Shown here: positions 54,280-64,000 of the stretch, one piece after another
Layout of the letters: each line of letters opens with the position of its first letter
Numbering within the stretch: position 1 is the stretch's first letter
NCBI GenBank assembly: GCA_963802165.1
Contig: CAWDHT010000020.1
Location: 17,333 to 81,332 of the forward strand
Direction of reading: 5' to 3'
Source: an uncultured Chloroflexia bacterium
GTDB taxonomy: Bacteria > Chloroflexota > Limnocylindria > Limnocylindrales > CSP1-4
Length of the DNA: 64,000 bases
The notes under the pieces: model-generated
The model's input: only the letters and a program-made list of their open reading frames with translations
What the model was told of the DNA's origin: nothing
Databases searched by the model: none
Made by a program: the position numbers and the translations under genes

Positions 54280-55507
54280 GAGGCGACCACTCCGGGATCA
54301 GAGGCGGGTGGCAGGGCAGGCGCCTGCCTGGATTGCCGGTGCCCCCTCCGTCCGCTCGTCCCCGCCCCGCCAGCGAGCGGTCCGCGACCGTGAGCGCCAT
54401 CGACACGGCGATCAGCGCCATGCCCATCGCGAGCGCGGCCGACATCCCCAGCGCCGCGACCACCGGTGCCCCGCCGATGCTGCCCAGTGCCATGGCGGCG
54501 GCGAGGCCGCCCGAGAACAGCGAGAACGCGGAACCGCGGTCCGCGTCGCTCGAGCGGCGGGACAGCTCGACGGTGATCGGCGTGATCACGATGCCGCCGC
54601 CCGCCCCGCCGATCAGCCCCGAGACGACGAGCAGCGGCGTGGTGAGCGGCAGGAGGAGCATGCCGATCGCCACGAAGGTCATCCCGGCCCCGGTGAGGAT
54701 CAGGTTGCGCGACGAGACGCGGTCCACCAGCCAGCCAGTCGGGAAGCGCATCAGGAAGATCGCGATCCCGTCGGCGGCGAAGTAGAGCCCGATGTTGGCG
54801 CCGGCCTCCTCGGCCCGGATGGGCAGGTAGGCCGTGACCGCCCCCCAGTGCGCGACGTAGGTGACGATGATCAGCAGGGGCGACGTCCACTCGCGCCGGA
54901 ACGTGATCCCGAAGCGCCGGCCGGCGGCGGCCATGGTCGCCGGGAGGGGCGCAGCAGGCCGGAGCGGGAGCCGCTGGCCCAGCAGGATGCCGACGACGAC
55001 CACGCCCACGACCGCCGTTGCGACCCCGTCGAGGGACGTCGCGTTCAGGATCGCGATCGAGATCAGGGGCGCCAGGACCAGGGTCAGGTTCTGGGCGGCC
55101 CCCACGATCGACAGGCCCTGCGCGACGCGCGCCGCGACGACCATGCGGGGGACCAGCGACAGGGCCGATGGGAGCACCATGGCGATCCCCGCCCCCTGCA
55201 GCATCCGCACGAGCACGAAGGGGACGAGGCTGCCGCCCACGTCCACGCCGGGCAGCAGCAGGACGCCCGACGCGACCAGGTACAGGATGGCCCCGGCCGT
55301 GAACAGGCGCGGTGCCCCGAACGTGTCCACGAGGCGTCCGCCGACCAGGGCTGCCGGGATCTGGACGGCCGCGGCCGCGCCCATGACGAGCCCGATCGCG
55401 GCGTCCGCGACCCCGGCCCGGGCGAGGGCCAGGGGCATGGAGGCGGTGTAGGCCTGGAAACCCATCTGCACCAGGAACACCGCGATGGACAGCCGGAGGA
55501 TGGTCAA
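54173..55507 (-). CDS. MFS transporter
   Basis: It has 12 predicted TM segments. TTG 55507 follows AGGAG. The last ~50 codons are non-hydrophobic Arg/Pro-rich and overlap the convergent NaPRTase gene by 107 nt, so the 3' end is doubtful. Confidence 0.7.
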   Translation of the reverse strand: MTILRLSIAVFLVQMGFQAYTASMPLALARAGVADAAIGLVMGAAAAVQIPAALVGGRLVDTFGAPRLFTAGAILYLVASGVLLLPGVDVGGSLVPFVLVRMLQGAGIAMVLPSALSLVPRMVVAARVAQGLSIVGAAQNLTLVLAPLISIAILNATSLDGVATAVVGVVVVGILLGQRLPLRPAAPLPATMAAAGRRFGITFRREWTSPLLIIVTYVAHWGAVTAYLPIRAEEAGANIGLYFAADGIAIFLMRFPTGWLVDRVSSRNLILTGAGMTFVAIGMLLLPLTTPLLVVSGLIGGAGGGIVITPITVELSRRSSDADRGSAFSLFSGGLAAAMALGSIGGAPVVAALGMSAALAMGMALIAVSMALTVADRSLAGRGRADGGGTGNPGRRLPCHPPLIPEWSPPRSPARRPGPSPSGVGSPCARGSGPASRSACRRSP

Positions 55508-55633
55508 GGGGCTCCTGGCCGCGAGGCCGGTTGGGCGAGCCGGTCGGGTATGCGCCGGGCCGTGCTCCGCCGTGCGCCTCGGCGGTAGGCACCCATCCTA
55601 CCGGCGCGCTCCCATCATTCGTGCCAGCATCGT

Positions 55634-56077
55634 GTGGTGACCGACGACGACGCTCCGCACCCCGCCCCCCGGCCCGACGAGGTCTCGCCTCGCGCGGACG
55701 AGCCCGAGTCCGCCTACGAGCTCCTCCAGCGCGGCACGGCCCTGATGCGCCGTCGGCACAACGCCCAGGCAGCGGTCGTGCTGGAGCGGGCTGCCCGCCT
55801 GGAGCCCGGCAGGGGCTCGATCCTCGAGGCACTGGGGCGCGCCTGCTTCACCTCCGGCCAGTACGAGCGCGCACGGGAGACGTTCGAGGCGCTGCTCGAG
55901 GTGGATCCGTCGTCCCACTACGGGCACTACGCCCTGGGCCGGAGTCTCAAGAACCTCGGCCGTCCACATGAGGCGCGGACCCACCTGCGCCTGGCCGTCG
56001 CGCTCTCACCGACGACGGCGATGTACCGGGCTGCCCTGTCGCGACTCCCGTCACCCGGAGATCGCGGCGAACCCTGA
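55634..56077 (+). CDS. Tetratricopeptide-repeat protein
   Basis: TPR-like pairs include AAVVLERAARLEPGRGSILEALGRACFTSGQYERARETFEALLEVDPSSHYGHYALGRSL. Confidence 0.65.
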   Translation: MVTDDDAPHPAPRPDEVSPRADEPESAYELLQRGTALMRRRHNAQAAVVLERAARLEPGRGSILEALGRACFTSGQYERARETFEALLEVDPSSHYGHYALGRSLKNLGRPHEARTHLRLAVALSPTTAMYRAALSRLPSPGDRGEP

Positions 56078-56735
56078 GGCCGCGGACGCGGCGTCGGGCT
56101 CGCCCGTCGAACGGGCCAGCGCCGGTCAGACCCGCCGGCCCGGGCGAGGCGGTCCAGCCAGAGGACCCGAGGATGGTCTTCGACGTCGGCGATTGCACCG
56201 GACTCGACCATGGCCACGGCGTCTCCATATCGCCAGTGGCGAGCTCTAGGCGCTCATTCTCGTCGGGGGTGCGGCGATTCGTCCCGGTGCGGCGTGAGTC
56301 CTGTGGCGAGGTAGAGGTGCTCAGCTCGGTCGCGAATCCGGGTGCCGTCCAGAATGTCGCAAGCTTGCGCCAGGTCGTCGCCCGCCGGCCGGTCTCCTCC
56401 TCCAGCTCCCGTCGCGCGGCCACGTCGGGGTCCTCGGTGACGCCGTCGTGGACGTCGAGCGTGCCCGCCGGGATCTCCAACACCCCGCGCTCGGCGGGGA
56501 TGCGCCACTGGCGGACCAGCAGGACCCGCCCGTCGTCCACGGCGAGGACGGCGATCGCTCCGGGGTGGCCGACGACATCGCGCGTCCCGGTGGTCCCGTC
56601 GGCGCGCACGATCGTGTCGACGCGGAACTCCAGGTAGCGGCCCCGGTGGAGGAGCTCGCGCGCCGTGACGTGCTCCTCGAGCGGGTCGTCGCCGAAGGGC
56701 TGCGGGTCGAGGCGGGTGATCCGGGGCTCGGTCAT
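55947..56735 (-). pseudogene. NUDIX hydrolase (ADP-ribose pyrophosphatase-like) whose conserved segments alternate between two frames
   Basis: The Nudix box GTLDVHDGVTEDPDVAARRELEEETG is in the listed frame. The conserved downstream blocks EHLYLATGLTPHRDESPHP, RHWRYGDAVAMVESGAIAD and LWLDRLARAG are in the frame of ORFs 56254..56508 and 55927..56217. DENERLELA and SKTILG are in the main frame. Confidence 0.65.
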
Positions 56736-56814
56736 CGGGGCTCCAGGACGTGGAACGGCCGGCCCGCCCGGAGTGGGCGCGCCGGCCGTCGTGGTGGCGG
56801 GTTCGTGGTCTGGC

Positions 56815-57921
<1,107 letters not shown>

Positions 57922-58110
57922 GCGAGAACCTCCAATCCCGTCCAGGTCATCGCGGGCTCATGTATCCGGCCGTCAAGGGACGGACTCGGACGAGCCCCAT
58001 ACGAGGTGCTGGCTCGGGCTGTGCGCATCGTACGAGAAAACGAGTCGAGCGGGATGACGGCACGGCATCTGCCCCGAGCGGTCCACGGGCGGGCGCTGTA
58101 CCGTCCGCCC

Positions 58111-59079
58111 ATGACCGACACCCCAGCTCCGACCGACCGCGCCATTCCCGGTCTCTGCGGGCCGATCCCGCGGCTGGTGCTGGGCTCCTTCAACCTGTCC
58201 GACGATCGGCCGGACGCCGGACTCGCCGTGCTCGACGCCTTCGTGGAGCGTGGTGGCCGGCTCATCGACACTGCGCTGGTCTACACCGGCGGCGCGGCGG
58301 AGCGCCTGATCGGGGAGTGGCTGCGCACGAGACCCGCGGTCGCGCGGGAGGTGCTGGTCCTGACCAAGGGCGCCCATCCGGACGAGGCGTGGCGCGGCCG
58401 ACTGACGCCAGAGGCCATCGCCGTCGATGTCGCGGCGAGCCTGGGCAGGCTGGGCGTGGCAACGGTGGACGCCTGGCTGGTCCATCGCGACGACGAGGCG
58501 GTCCCGGTCGGCGAGATCGTGGACGCACTGGATGCGCTGGTCCGCACCGGCCAGACGCGGGCGGTGGGTGTCTCGAACTGGCGGTTGCCCCGGCTGCGCG
58601 AGGCCGTGGCCTGGGCGGCCGCGCACGATCGGGCCTCGATCGTCGTCAGCAGCAGCTACCTGGGTCTCGCGGCGGCGGTCGAGTTCCCGTGGCCGGGCTG
58701 CCAGAGCGCCCGCGAAGACGAGACGCTCGCGTGGCACGCCGCGAGCGGCCTGCCATTGCTGGCCTGGTCGTCGCAGGCGAGCGGGTTCTTTGCCCCGACC
58801 TTCGACCCGGCGACGGCAAACCCGGACGTCGTGTCCTCCTACCTGTCCGAGGAGAACCTGGCGCGCCGGGCACGGGCCACGGAGCTGGGAGCGCGACGTA
58901 GTTGGGACGCCGCCCAGGTGGCGCTGGCGTGGGTCCTCTCGGAGCCCTCGGCGCCGTTCGCGGCGTTCGGCGTGCGCGATCCGACCGGCATCGACCGCGC
59001 GTGGGTCGCCCTCGAGACGCCGCTGACGCCCGAGGAGCGTGCCTGGCTGGACACGGGCGATGGGGCGCCAACGTCATGA
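58111..59079 (+). CDS. Aldo/keto reductase
   Basis: The sequence is LIDTALVYTGGAAERLIGEWL...VLTKG...LGVATVDAWLVHRDD...RAVGVSNW. The ATG is at 58111. Confidence 0.8.
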   Translation: MTDTPAPTDRAIPGLCGPIPRLVLGSFNLSDDRPDAGLAVLDAFVERGGRLIDTALVYTGGAAERLIGEWLRTRPAVAREVLVLTKGAHPDEAWRGRLTPEAIAVDVAASLGRLGVATVDAWLVHRDDEAVPVGEIVDALDALVRTGQTRAVGVSNWRLPRLREAVAWAAAHDRASIVVSSSYLGLAAAVEFPWPGCQSAREDETLAWHAASGLPLLAWSSQASGFFAPTFDPATANPDVVSSYLSEENLARRARATELGARRSWDAAQVALAWVLSEPSAPFAAFGVRDPTGIDRAWVALETPLTPEERAWLDTGDGAPTS

Positions 59080-59896
59080 GCCGCGAGGATGCCGCACGGT
59101 CGTCCACCGGAACCTGGCACTACGGCCTCATCGCGCGCTGGTGGGCAGAGGTCAACCAGCCGGAGGAGGCCGAGCTCGCGTACCTGCGGGCCGCCATCGC
59201 GCGGTTCGGCGAGCCTGCGCTCGACCTCGGCTGCGGGACCGGCCGGCTGCTACTGCCCCTGCTCGCCGAGGGCGTCGACATCGACGGCACCGACATCTCG
59301 GCCGACATGCTGGCCTACGCGCGCGACACCGGCGACGCGGCCGGCATCGACATGGCGGGACGCCTCGCGGCGCAGGCCTTCGACGGCCTCGATCGGCCGC
59401 GTCGCTACGCGACGATCTTCTCGATCGGCTCGTTCGCGATTGGTGGCAGCCCCGAGCGGGACGCGGCAGCGCTGCGCCAGATCCACGACCACCTCCTGCC
59501 CGGGGGCACCGTGCTGCTGAGCTACGAGGTGGCCACGGAGGCGGACCACGCCCGCATGGCGGACCCCGCCCGGACGTACCCGTCTCCCTGGCCCGCGGCC
59601 GGCACCCGCGCCACCCTCTCGGACGGCGACGAGCTGGAGCTGCTCTCCCGCGCGGCCGGCTACGACGCGGACCTGCGCTGCCAGGCGCTCGAGATCCGGG
59701 CCCGACTGTGGCGGGGCGACCGCCTCGTCCGGGAGGAGGAGGGCAGCCTCCTGTGCACGTACTACCTGCCCGGCCGGCTCTGCGAGATGCTCGAGGAGGC
59801 CGGCTTCGAGGATGTGCAGGTCGAGGGCCCGTACACCGGTCGACGCCCGAGCCATCCGACGACACCATCGTCGTGGTGGCTCGACGGGTATCGTGA
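59076..59896 (+). CDS. Class I SAM-dependent methyltransferase with an apparent 1-nt frameshift ~15 codons before the end
   Basis: ATG 59076 overlaps the AKR stop as ATGA. Motif I is ALDLGCGTGRLLLPLL, followed by LLPGGTVLL. The family-like end ..PEPSDDTIVVVARRVS* (TGA 59894-59896) is in the -1 frame from ~59850. The listed frame instead runs to 59936. Confidence 0.7.
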
Positions 59897-59932
59897 ACCC
59901 GACGACCAGCCCGCCACCATCCCGAGGTACCG

Positions 59933-61578
59933 ATGAGCCAGCACCCGCGCGCCGGCCAGCCCGCCCTCCCGTCCGAGCTCGTGGACGTGCCCGCGCTCCT
60001 GCGCGCGTACGACGACATCCACCCGGATCCGTCCGACCCGGCCCAGCGGGTCGCGTTCGGGACGTCCGGCCATCGTGGGTCGGCGTTCCGCGCGGCGTTC
60101 AACGAGGCCCACATCCTGGCCACCACCGAGGCCATCTGCCGCTACCGTGCCACCCAGGGCACCACGGGCCCGCTGTTCATCGCCCGCGACACCCACGCGC
60201 TCTCGGAGCCGGCGTGGCGGACGGCCCTCGAGGTGCTGGTCGGGAACGGGGTGGACGTGCGCGTCGATGCGGAGGACGGCTACACGCCGACGCCGTCGCT
60301 GTCCCTCGCGATCATCGTCGCGAACCGGGGTCGGACGACCGGTCTCGCGGACGGCATCGTGGTCACGCCGTCGCACAACCCGCCCGACGATGGCGGGCTT
60401 CAAGTACAACCCGCCCAACGGCGGCCCGGCGGACACGGACGTGACGCGCTGGATCCAGGACGAGGCGAACCGGATCCTGGAGGCCACCGGGCACAGATGG
60501 CCTTGACGGCATCCGGCGCGTTCCCTTCGCGCGAGCGCGGGCGCAGGTCGGTGCGTACGACTTCCGGGGCGCCTATGTCGCGGACCTCGAGAACGTCATC
60601 GACATGGAGGCCATCCGGGCCTCAGGGCTCCGCCTCGGCGTCGACCCGCTGGGTGGTGCGGCCGTCGCCTACTGGGGCCTCATCGGCGAGCGCTACGGTC
60701 TCGACCTCACCGTGACGAACGAGACCGTGGATCCACAGTTCGGGTTCATGACCCTCGACTGGGACGGCAAGATTCGCATGGACCCGTCCTCGCCGTTCGC
60801 GATGGCCAGGCTCGTGGAGCTGCGCGATCGGTTCGACCTCGCCATGGGCAACGATGCCGACGCGGACCGGCACGGGATCGTCGTCCCGGGCGTCGGCCTG
60901 ATGAACCCCAACCACGTCATCGCGGCGGAGATCAACTACCTGTTCGGCGGCGGGCGCTCGTGGCGCTCCGATGTCGCCGTCGGCAAGACCCTGGTCTCCT
61001 CCTCGATCATCGACCGGGTCACCGCGAGCCTCGGCCGCCGCCTGCTCGAGGTCCCGGTCGGCTTCAAGTGGTTCGTGGACGGTCTCGTGGACGGGTCCGT
61101 GGGTTTCGGCGGGGAGGAGAGCGCCGGCGCCTCGTTCCTGCGGCTCGACGGCACGGTATGGACGACGGACAAGGACGGGCTGATCGCCTGCCTGCTGGCC
61201 GCGGAGCTGACCGCGAAGACTGGCAAGAACCCCGCCGAGACCTACGCCGGGCTGACGGAGCGGTTCGGCGCCCCGGCCTACCGGCGCATCGACGCCCCGG
61301 CCACACCCGAGGTCAAGGCCGCGCTCGGCCGTCTCTCGCCGGGGGACGTGACCGCGACCACGCTGGCGGGCGACCCGATCACCGCCAAGCTGACCCGCGC
61401 CCCCGGTAACGACGCACCCATCGGCGGCCTCAAGGTCACCACGGACCAGGGCTGGTTCGCCGCGCGCCCGTCGGGCACCGAGAACGTGACGAAGCTCTAC
61501 GCGGAGTCCTTCCGCGGCGAGGTGCACCTGGGCCGGATCCTCGACGAGGCACGCGCGATCGTGGACGCCGCCGTCTGA
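59933..61578 (+). pseudogene. pgm: Phosphoglucomutase (alpha-D-glucose-phosphate specific) broken into three frames
   Basis: Frame 1 reads [11 protein letters not shown]...[15 protein letters not shown]. Frame 2 reads [31 protein letters not shown]. Frame 3 reads LDGIRRVPF...GVDPLGGA...[13 protein letters not shown]...GFGGEESAG...RPSGTE. Single extra nucleotides lie at ~60398 and ~60490. Confidence 0.85.
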
Positions 61579-61691
61579 TCCTTTCGGCTGCCGCCACCGG
61601 GACCTGTTGCCCGCTGGCACATCGGTTGCCGCCGGGAGAGCATTGAGCCATCGACAGCGTCCTGTCCCTGGGCGCTCGCTGGAGTTCGTTC

Positions 61692-62228
61692 GTGCCCGTC
61701 TCGCCCCCCGTCGCCTCCACCTGCCTGCAGTGCGGGACAGTGTCCAGCCGCGCCGCCGCGCGCATGTGCCGCCGCTGTGGCATCCCGTTCGGCGAGGCAC
61801 CGCCGGCATCCGCGCGCCTGGCCTCGTGCCCCGTCTGCTATCGGGAGACCGAGGCGGACGGGCGTCTCCCGTCCCTCGCGCACCCGTTATTCCGGCTGGA
61901 CATCAACGAGCACATCGACGAGCATGAGCGCTTCCCCGTGGGTGATGACGCCTGGCTCGAGACGCTCCGGTACAACGAGAGGATCCGGATCGACCGCTGG
62001 TCGGCCCCGTTCGACCTCGTCCGTCGCTACCTCGTGACCGGGGTGGTGGACGCGGGCCGCAACCGGCTGGCACTGCACAACGCCCTCGTCACGGCGATGA
62101 CCCAGGTGCAGCGCTGGGGTCCGGGAGCCCGGGTCATGGGCGACCAGGAGGAATGGCAGGCCGCCCGGGAGGCCGTTGAGGTCCTGATGGAGCGCTACCA
62201 CCGGGGCCGGCTGGACCGAGCGGGTTAG
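61692..62228 (+). CDS. Hypothetical protein with N-terminal double CxxC zinc-ribbon motifs
   Basis: GTG 61692. The motifs are CLQCG...CRRCG...CPVC. Codon bias is good. I recognise no family. Confidence 0.5.
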   Translation: MPVSPPVASTCLQCGTVSSRAAARMCRRCGIPFGEAPPASARLASCPVCYRETEADGRLPSLAHPLFRLDINEHIDEHERFPVGDDAWLETLRYNERIRIDRWSAPFDLVRRYLVTGVVDAGRNRLALHNALVTAMTQVQRWGPGARVMGDQEEWQAAREAVEVLMERYHRGRLDRAG

Positions 62229-62270
62229 GTCACCGCCGCCAGCGACGCCGTCGCCGGATGGTCGCCACGG

Positions 62271-63269
62271 TCAGATCTCCTGCGTGCCGGACTCCTGGAG
62301 GGTCGTCGGCGCTCCGTGGACCGCGGGGATCTGCCCCAGGCGCCCCGCCTGGTAGTCCTCGAAGGCCTGCATGACCTCCTCGCGGGTGTTCATCACGAAC
62401 GGGCCTGCCCACGCGACCGGTTCCCGGATCGGTCGGCCACCGAGGACGAGGACGTCGAGGTTCGGCGCCCGGCTCTCCTGGACCTGGTCCGCCGCGAACG
62501 TCAGGGTGTTGCCCGGCCCGAAGACGGCGAGCTGACCCAGCTGCGCCGGCCTGGCCTCGGTCCCCACCGTGCCCCGGCCCGCGAGGACGTAGGCGAGTGC
62601 GTTGTAGTCCGCCCGCCAGGGGAGCTGGACGCTGGCACCCGGCGCAAGGGTCAGGTGCACGAGCGTCATCGGCGTGTAGGTGGAGCCCGGTCCGGCGTGT
62701 CCGGCCACCTCACCGGCGATCACCCGGACCAGCGTGCCGCCGTCGTGGGAGGCCAGCAGGGCGACCTCGCTCGCGCGGATGTCCTGGTAGCGGGGCGCGG
62801 CGAGCTTCTGGGCGCGCGGCAGGTTCACCCACAGCTGGAAGCCGTGGAACAGCCCGCCTTGGGCGACCAGCCACTCGGGCGGCTTCTCGATGTGCAGGAT
62901 CCCGGCGCCCGCGGTCATCCACTGCGTGTCGCCATTGGTGATGACGCCGCCGCCGCCGTTGCTGTCGGCATGCTCGAAGACGCCGTCGAGCATGTAGGTC
63001 ACCGTCTCGAAGCCGCGGTGTGGGTGCCATGGCGTGCCCTTGGCCTCACCGGGGGCGTACTCCACCTCACCCATCTGGTCGAGGTGGATGAACGGGTCCA
63101 GGTCCTCGAGCAGGGCTCCCGCGAACGCGCGGCGCACCGGGAAGCCCTCCCCCTCGTACCCCTTGGGGGCCGTGGTCAGGGCGCGCACGGGGCGCTGGCG
63201 CGCGACGACGGGGTCGGGGACGGGGACGCGGGGGAGGATCGTGATGTCGTCGACGGTGACGGCGGGCAT
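62271..63269 (-). CDS. Pirin family protein
   Basis: The sequence is GFPVRRAF...PFIHLDQMG...GTPWHPHRGFETVTYMLDG...WMTAGAGILHIE...GFQLWVNLP. ATG 63269 follows AGGAAG. Confidence 0.9.
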   Translation of the reverse strand: MPAVTVDDITILPRVPVPDPVVARQRPVRALTTAPKGYEGEGFPVRRAFAGALLEDLDPFIHLDQMGEVEYAPGEAKGTPWHPHRGFETVTYMLDGVFEHADSNGGGGVITNGDTQWMTAGAGILHIEKPPEWLVAQGGLFHGFQLWVNLPRAQKLAAPRYQDIRASEVALLASHDGGTLVRVIAGEVAGHAGPGSTYTPMTLVHLTLAPGASVQLPWRADYNALAYVLAGRGTVGTEARPAQLGQLAVFGPGNTLTFAADQVQESRAPNLDVLVLGGRPIREPVAWAGPFVMNTREEVMQAFEDYQAGRLGQIPAVHGAPTTLQESGTQEI

Positions 63270-63365
63270 GGTGGACGCTTCCTGTGCGGATGATTGCGTG
63301 GGCAACTATCTCACCTTGCGGGCCGCGCGTCAATGGGCAGGGACGCACAGCGTCCCTCGCCGCAG

Positions 63366-64000
63366 ATGTCGGCCCCGTACCCTGTGAGCAGCGCGTCCAC
63401 GCCACGCCCGGAGGGTCCCATCGCCACCATTGTCGAGCCAGGCTCCGCCCGCCGGCCGGTCGCATCCCCCGCTGAGGCGACCGGCGAGCTCCTCGCGCGC
63501 CTGCGCCACGCCCTGCGTGGGTCCGTGGCGTCCGACGCCGGCACGCGCGCGCTGTACGGCTCCGATGCGTCCAACTACCGGGTGCTGCCCGCGGCCGTCG
63601 TGACTCCACGCGACCGCGACGATCTGGCGGCGGTGGTGGCGCTGGCCGCGGAGGCCGGCGTCCCCCTGACGATGCGCGGCGCCGGGACCAGCATTGCCGG
63701 CAACGCGATCGGGCCGGGGTTGGTGGTGGACCTGTCGCGGTATCTCGCGGGCGTCCTCGCGCTGGACCCGGAGGCGCGGACCGCCACGGTGCTGCCGGGC
63801 ACGGTCCTCGACGACCTCAACCGGGCTGCCGCCGCCCACGGCCTGCGGGTGGGCCCCGACCCCTCCACCCATAGCCGGTGCACGGTCGGCGGGATGCTCG
63901 GCAACAACGCCTGCGGGTCGCGCTCGGTCCGGTGGGGCACCACGGCGGAGAACACGCTGGGGATGGAGGTCGTCACGGCGGATGGCTCGAGGCGGCGGAC
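63366..64000 (+). CDS. FAD-binding (FAD_binding_4, GlcD-like) oxidoreductase, 5' part; continues past the right edge
   Basis: The hand translation is ...DAGTRALYGSDASNYRVLPAAVVTPRDRDDLAAVVALAAEAGVPLTMRGAGTSIAGNAIGPGLVVDLSRYL...VLPGTVLDDLNRAAAAHGLRVGPDPSTHSRCTVGGMLGNNACG. The start is ATG 63366 or GTG 63384. Confidence 0.75.
   Translation, partial: MSAPYPVSSASTPRPEGPIATIVEPGSARRPVASPAEATGELLARLRHALRGSVASDAGTRALYGSDASNYRVLPAAVVTPRDRDDLAAVVALAAEAGVPLTMRGAGTSIAGNAIGPGLVVDLSRYLAGVLALDPEARTATVLPGTVLDDLNRAAAAHGLRVGPDPSTHSRCTVGGMLGNNACGSRSVRWGTTAENTLGMEVVTADGSRRR

Overview
The window is 64 kb of very G+C-rich (roughly 70% or more by eye) chromosomal DNA. Gene content looks actinobacterial: PAC2, DUF1918, an ECF sigma/anti-sigma pair, an MsiK-like orphan ABC ATPase, NrdJ with a C-terminal Zn ribbon, and an SPFH+Arc pair. 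GGAGG-type ribosome-binding sites are strong, and GTG/TTG starts and 4-nt start/stop overlaps are frequent.

I can support about 70 protein-coding loci. Housekeeping genes that read intact include a principal sigma-70, class II ribonucleotide reductase nrdJ, pepA, add, mgsA, ccsA, DegV and NaPRT; glgC is recognisable but has no stop at its expected 3' end. I saw no rRNA, tRNA, CRISPR array, transposase, integrase or phage genes.

The long Arg/Pro/Gly-rich ORFs in the six-frame track are mostly high-GC shadow frames of real genes. All family names come from motifs I recognise in the translations. No database search was run, and start codons are judgement calls.

Main observations:
1. A 352-bp inverted repeat (350/352 identical) brackets an ECF sigma/anti-sigma cassette. 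It duplicates the anti-sigma sensor domain as a free lipoprotein.
2. The nrdJ upstream region is densely structured. It holds two NrdR-box-like palindromes, five DnaA-box-like 9-mers phased at 21-22 bp, and three copies of a CCACCGGTGG palindrome.
3. Frame disruptions, in-frame TGAs, internal deletions and gene fragments are unusually dense in accessory genes, while core genes are clean. A NUDIX gene alternates between two frames five times yet still presents one open ORF.
4. A mosaic locus interleaves phd/vapC with fragments of a histidine kinase, and a separate response-regulator/kinase deletion remnant lies elsewhere.
5. A motif is repeated at exactly 62-bp spacing in a 455-bp spacer.
6. 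A tandem gluzincin pair has HQAAH in one copy and HEASH in the other.
7. A small Cys/His-rich ORF is present.

I did not find a clear-cut new multi-gene system such as a defence island. The ECF cassette and the nrdJ control region are the best candidates for something undescribed.
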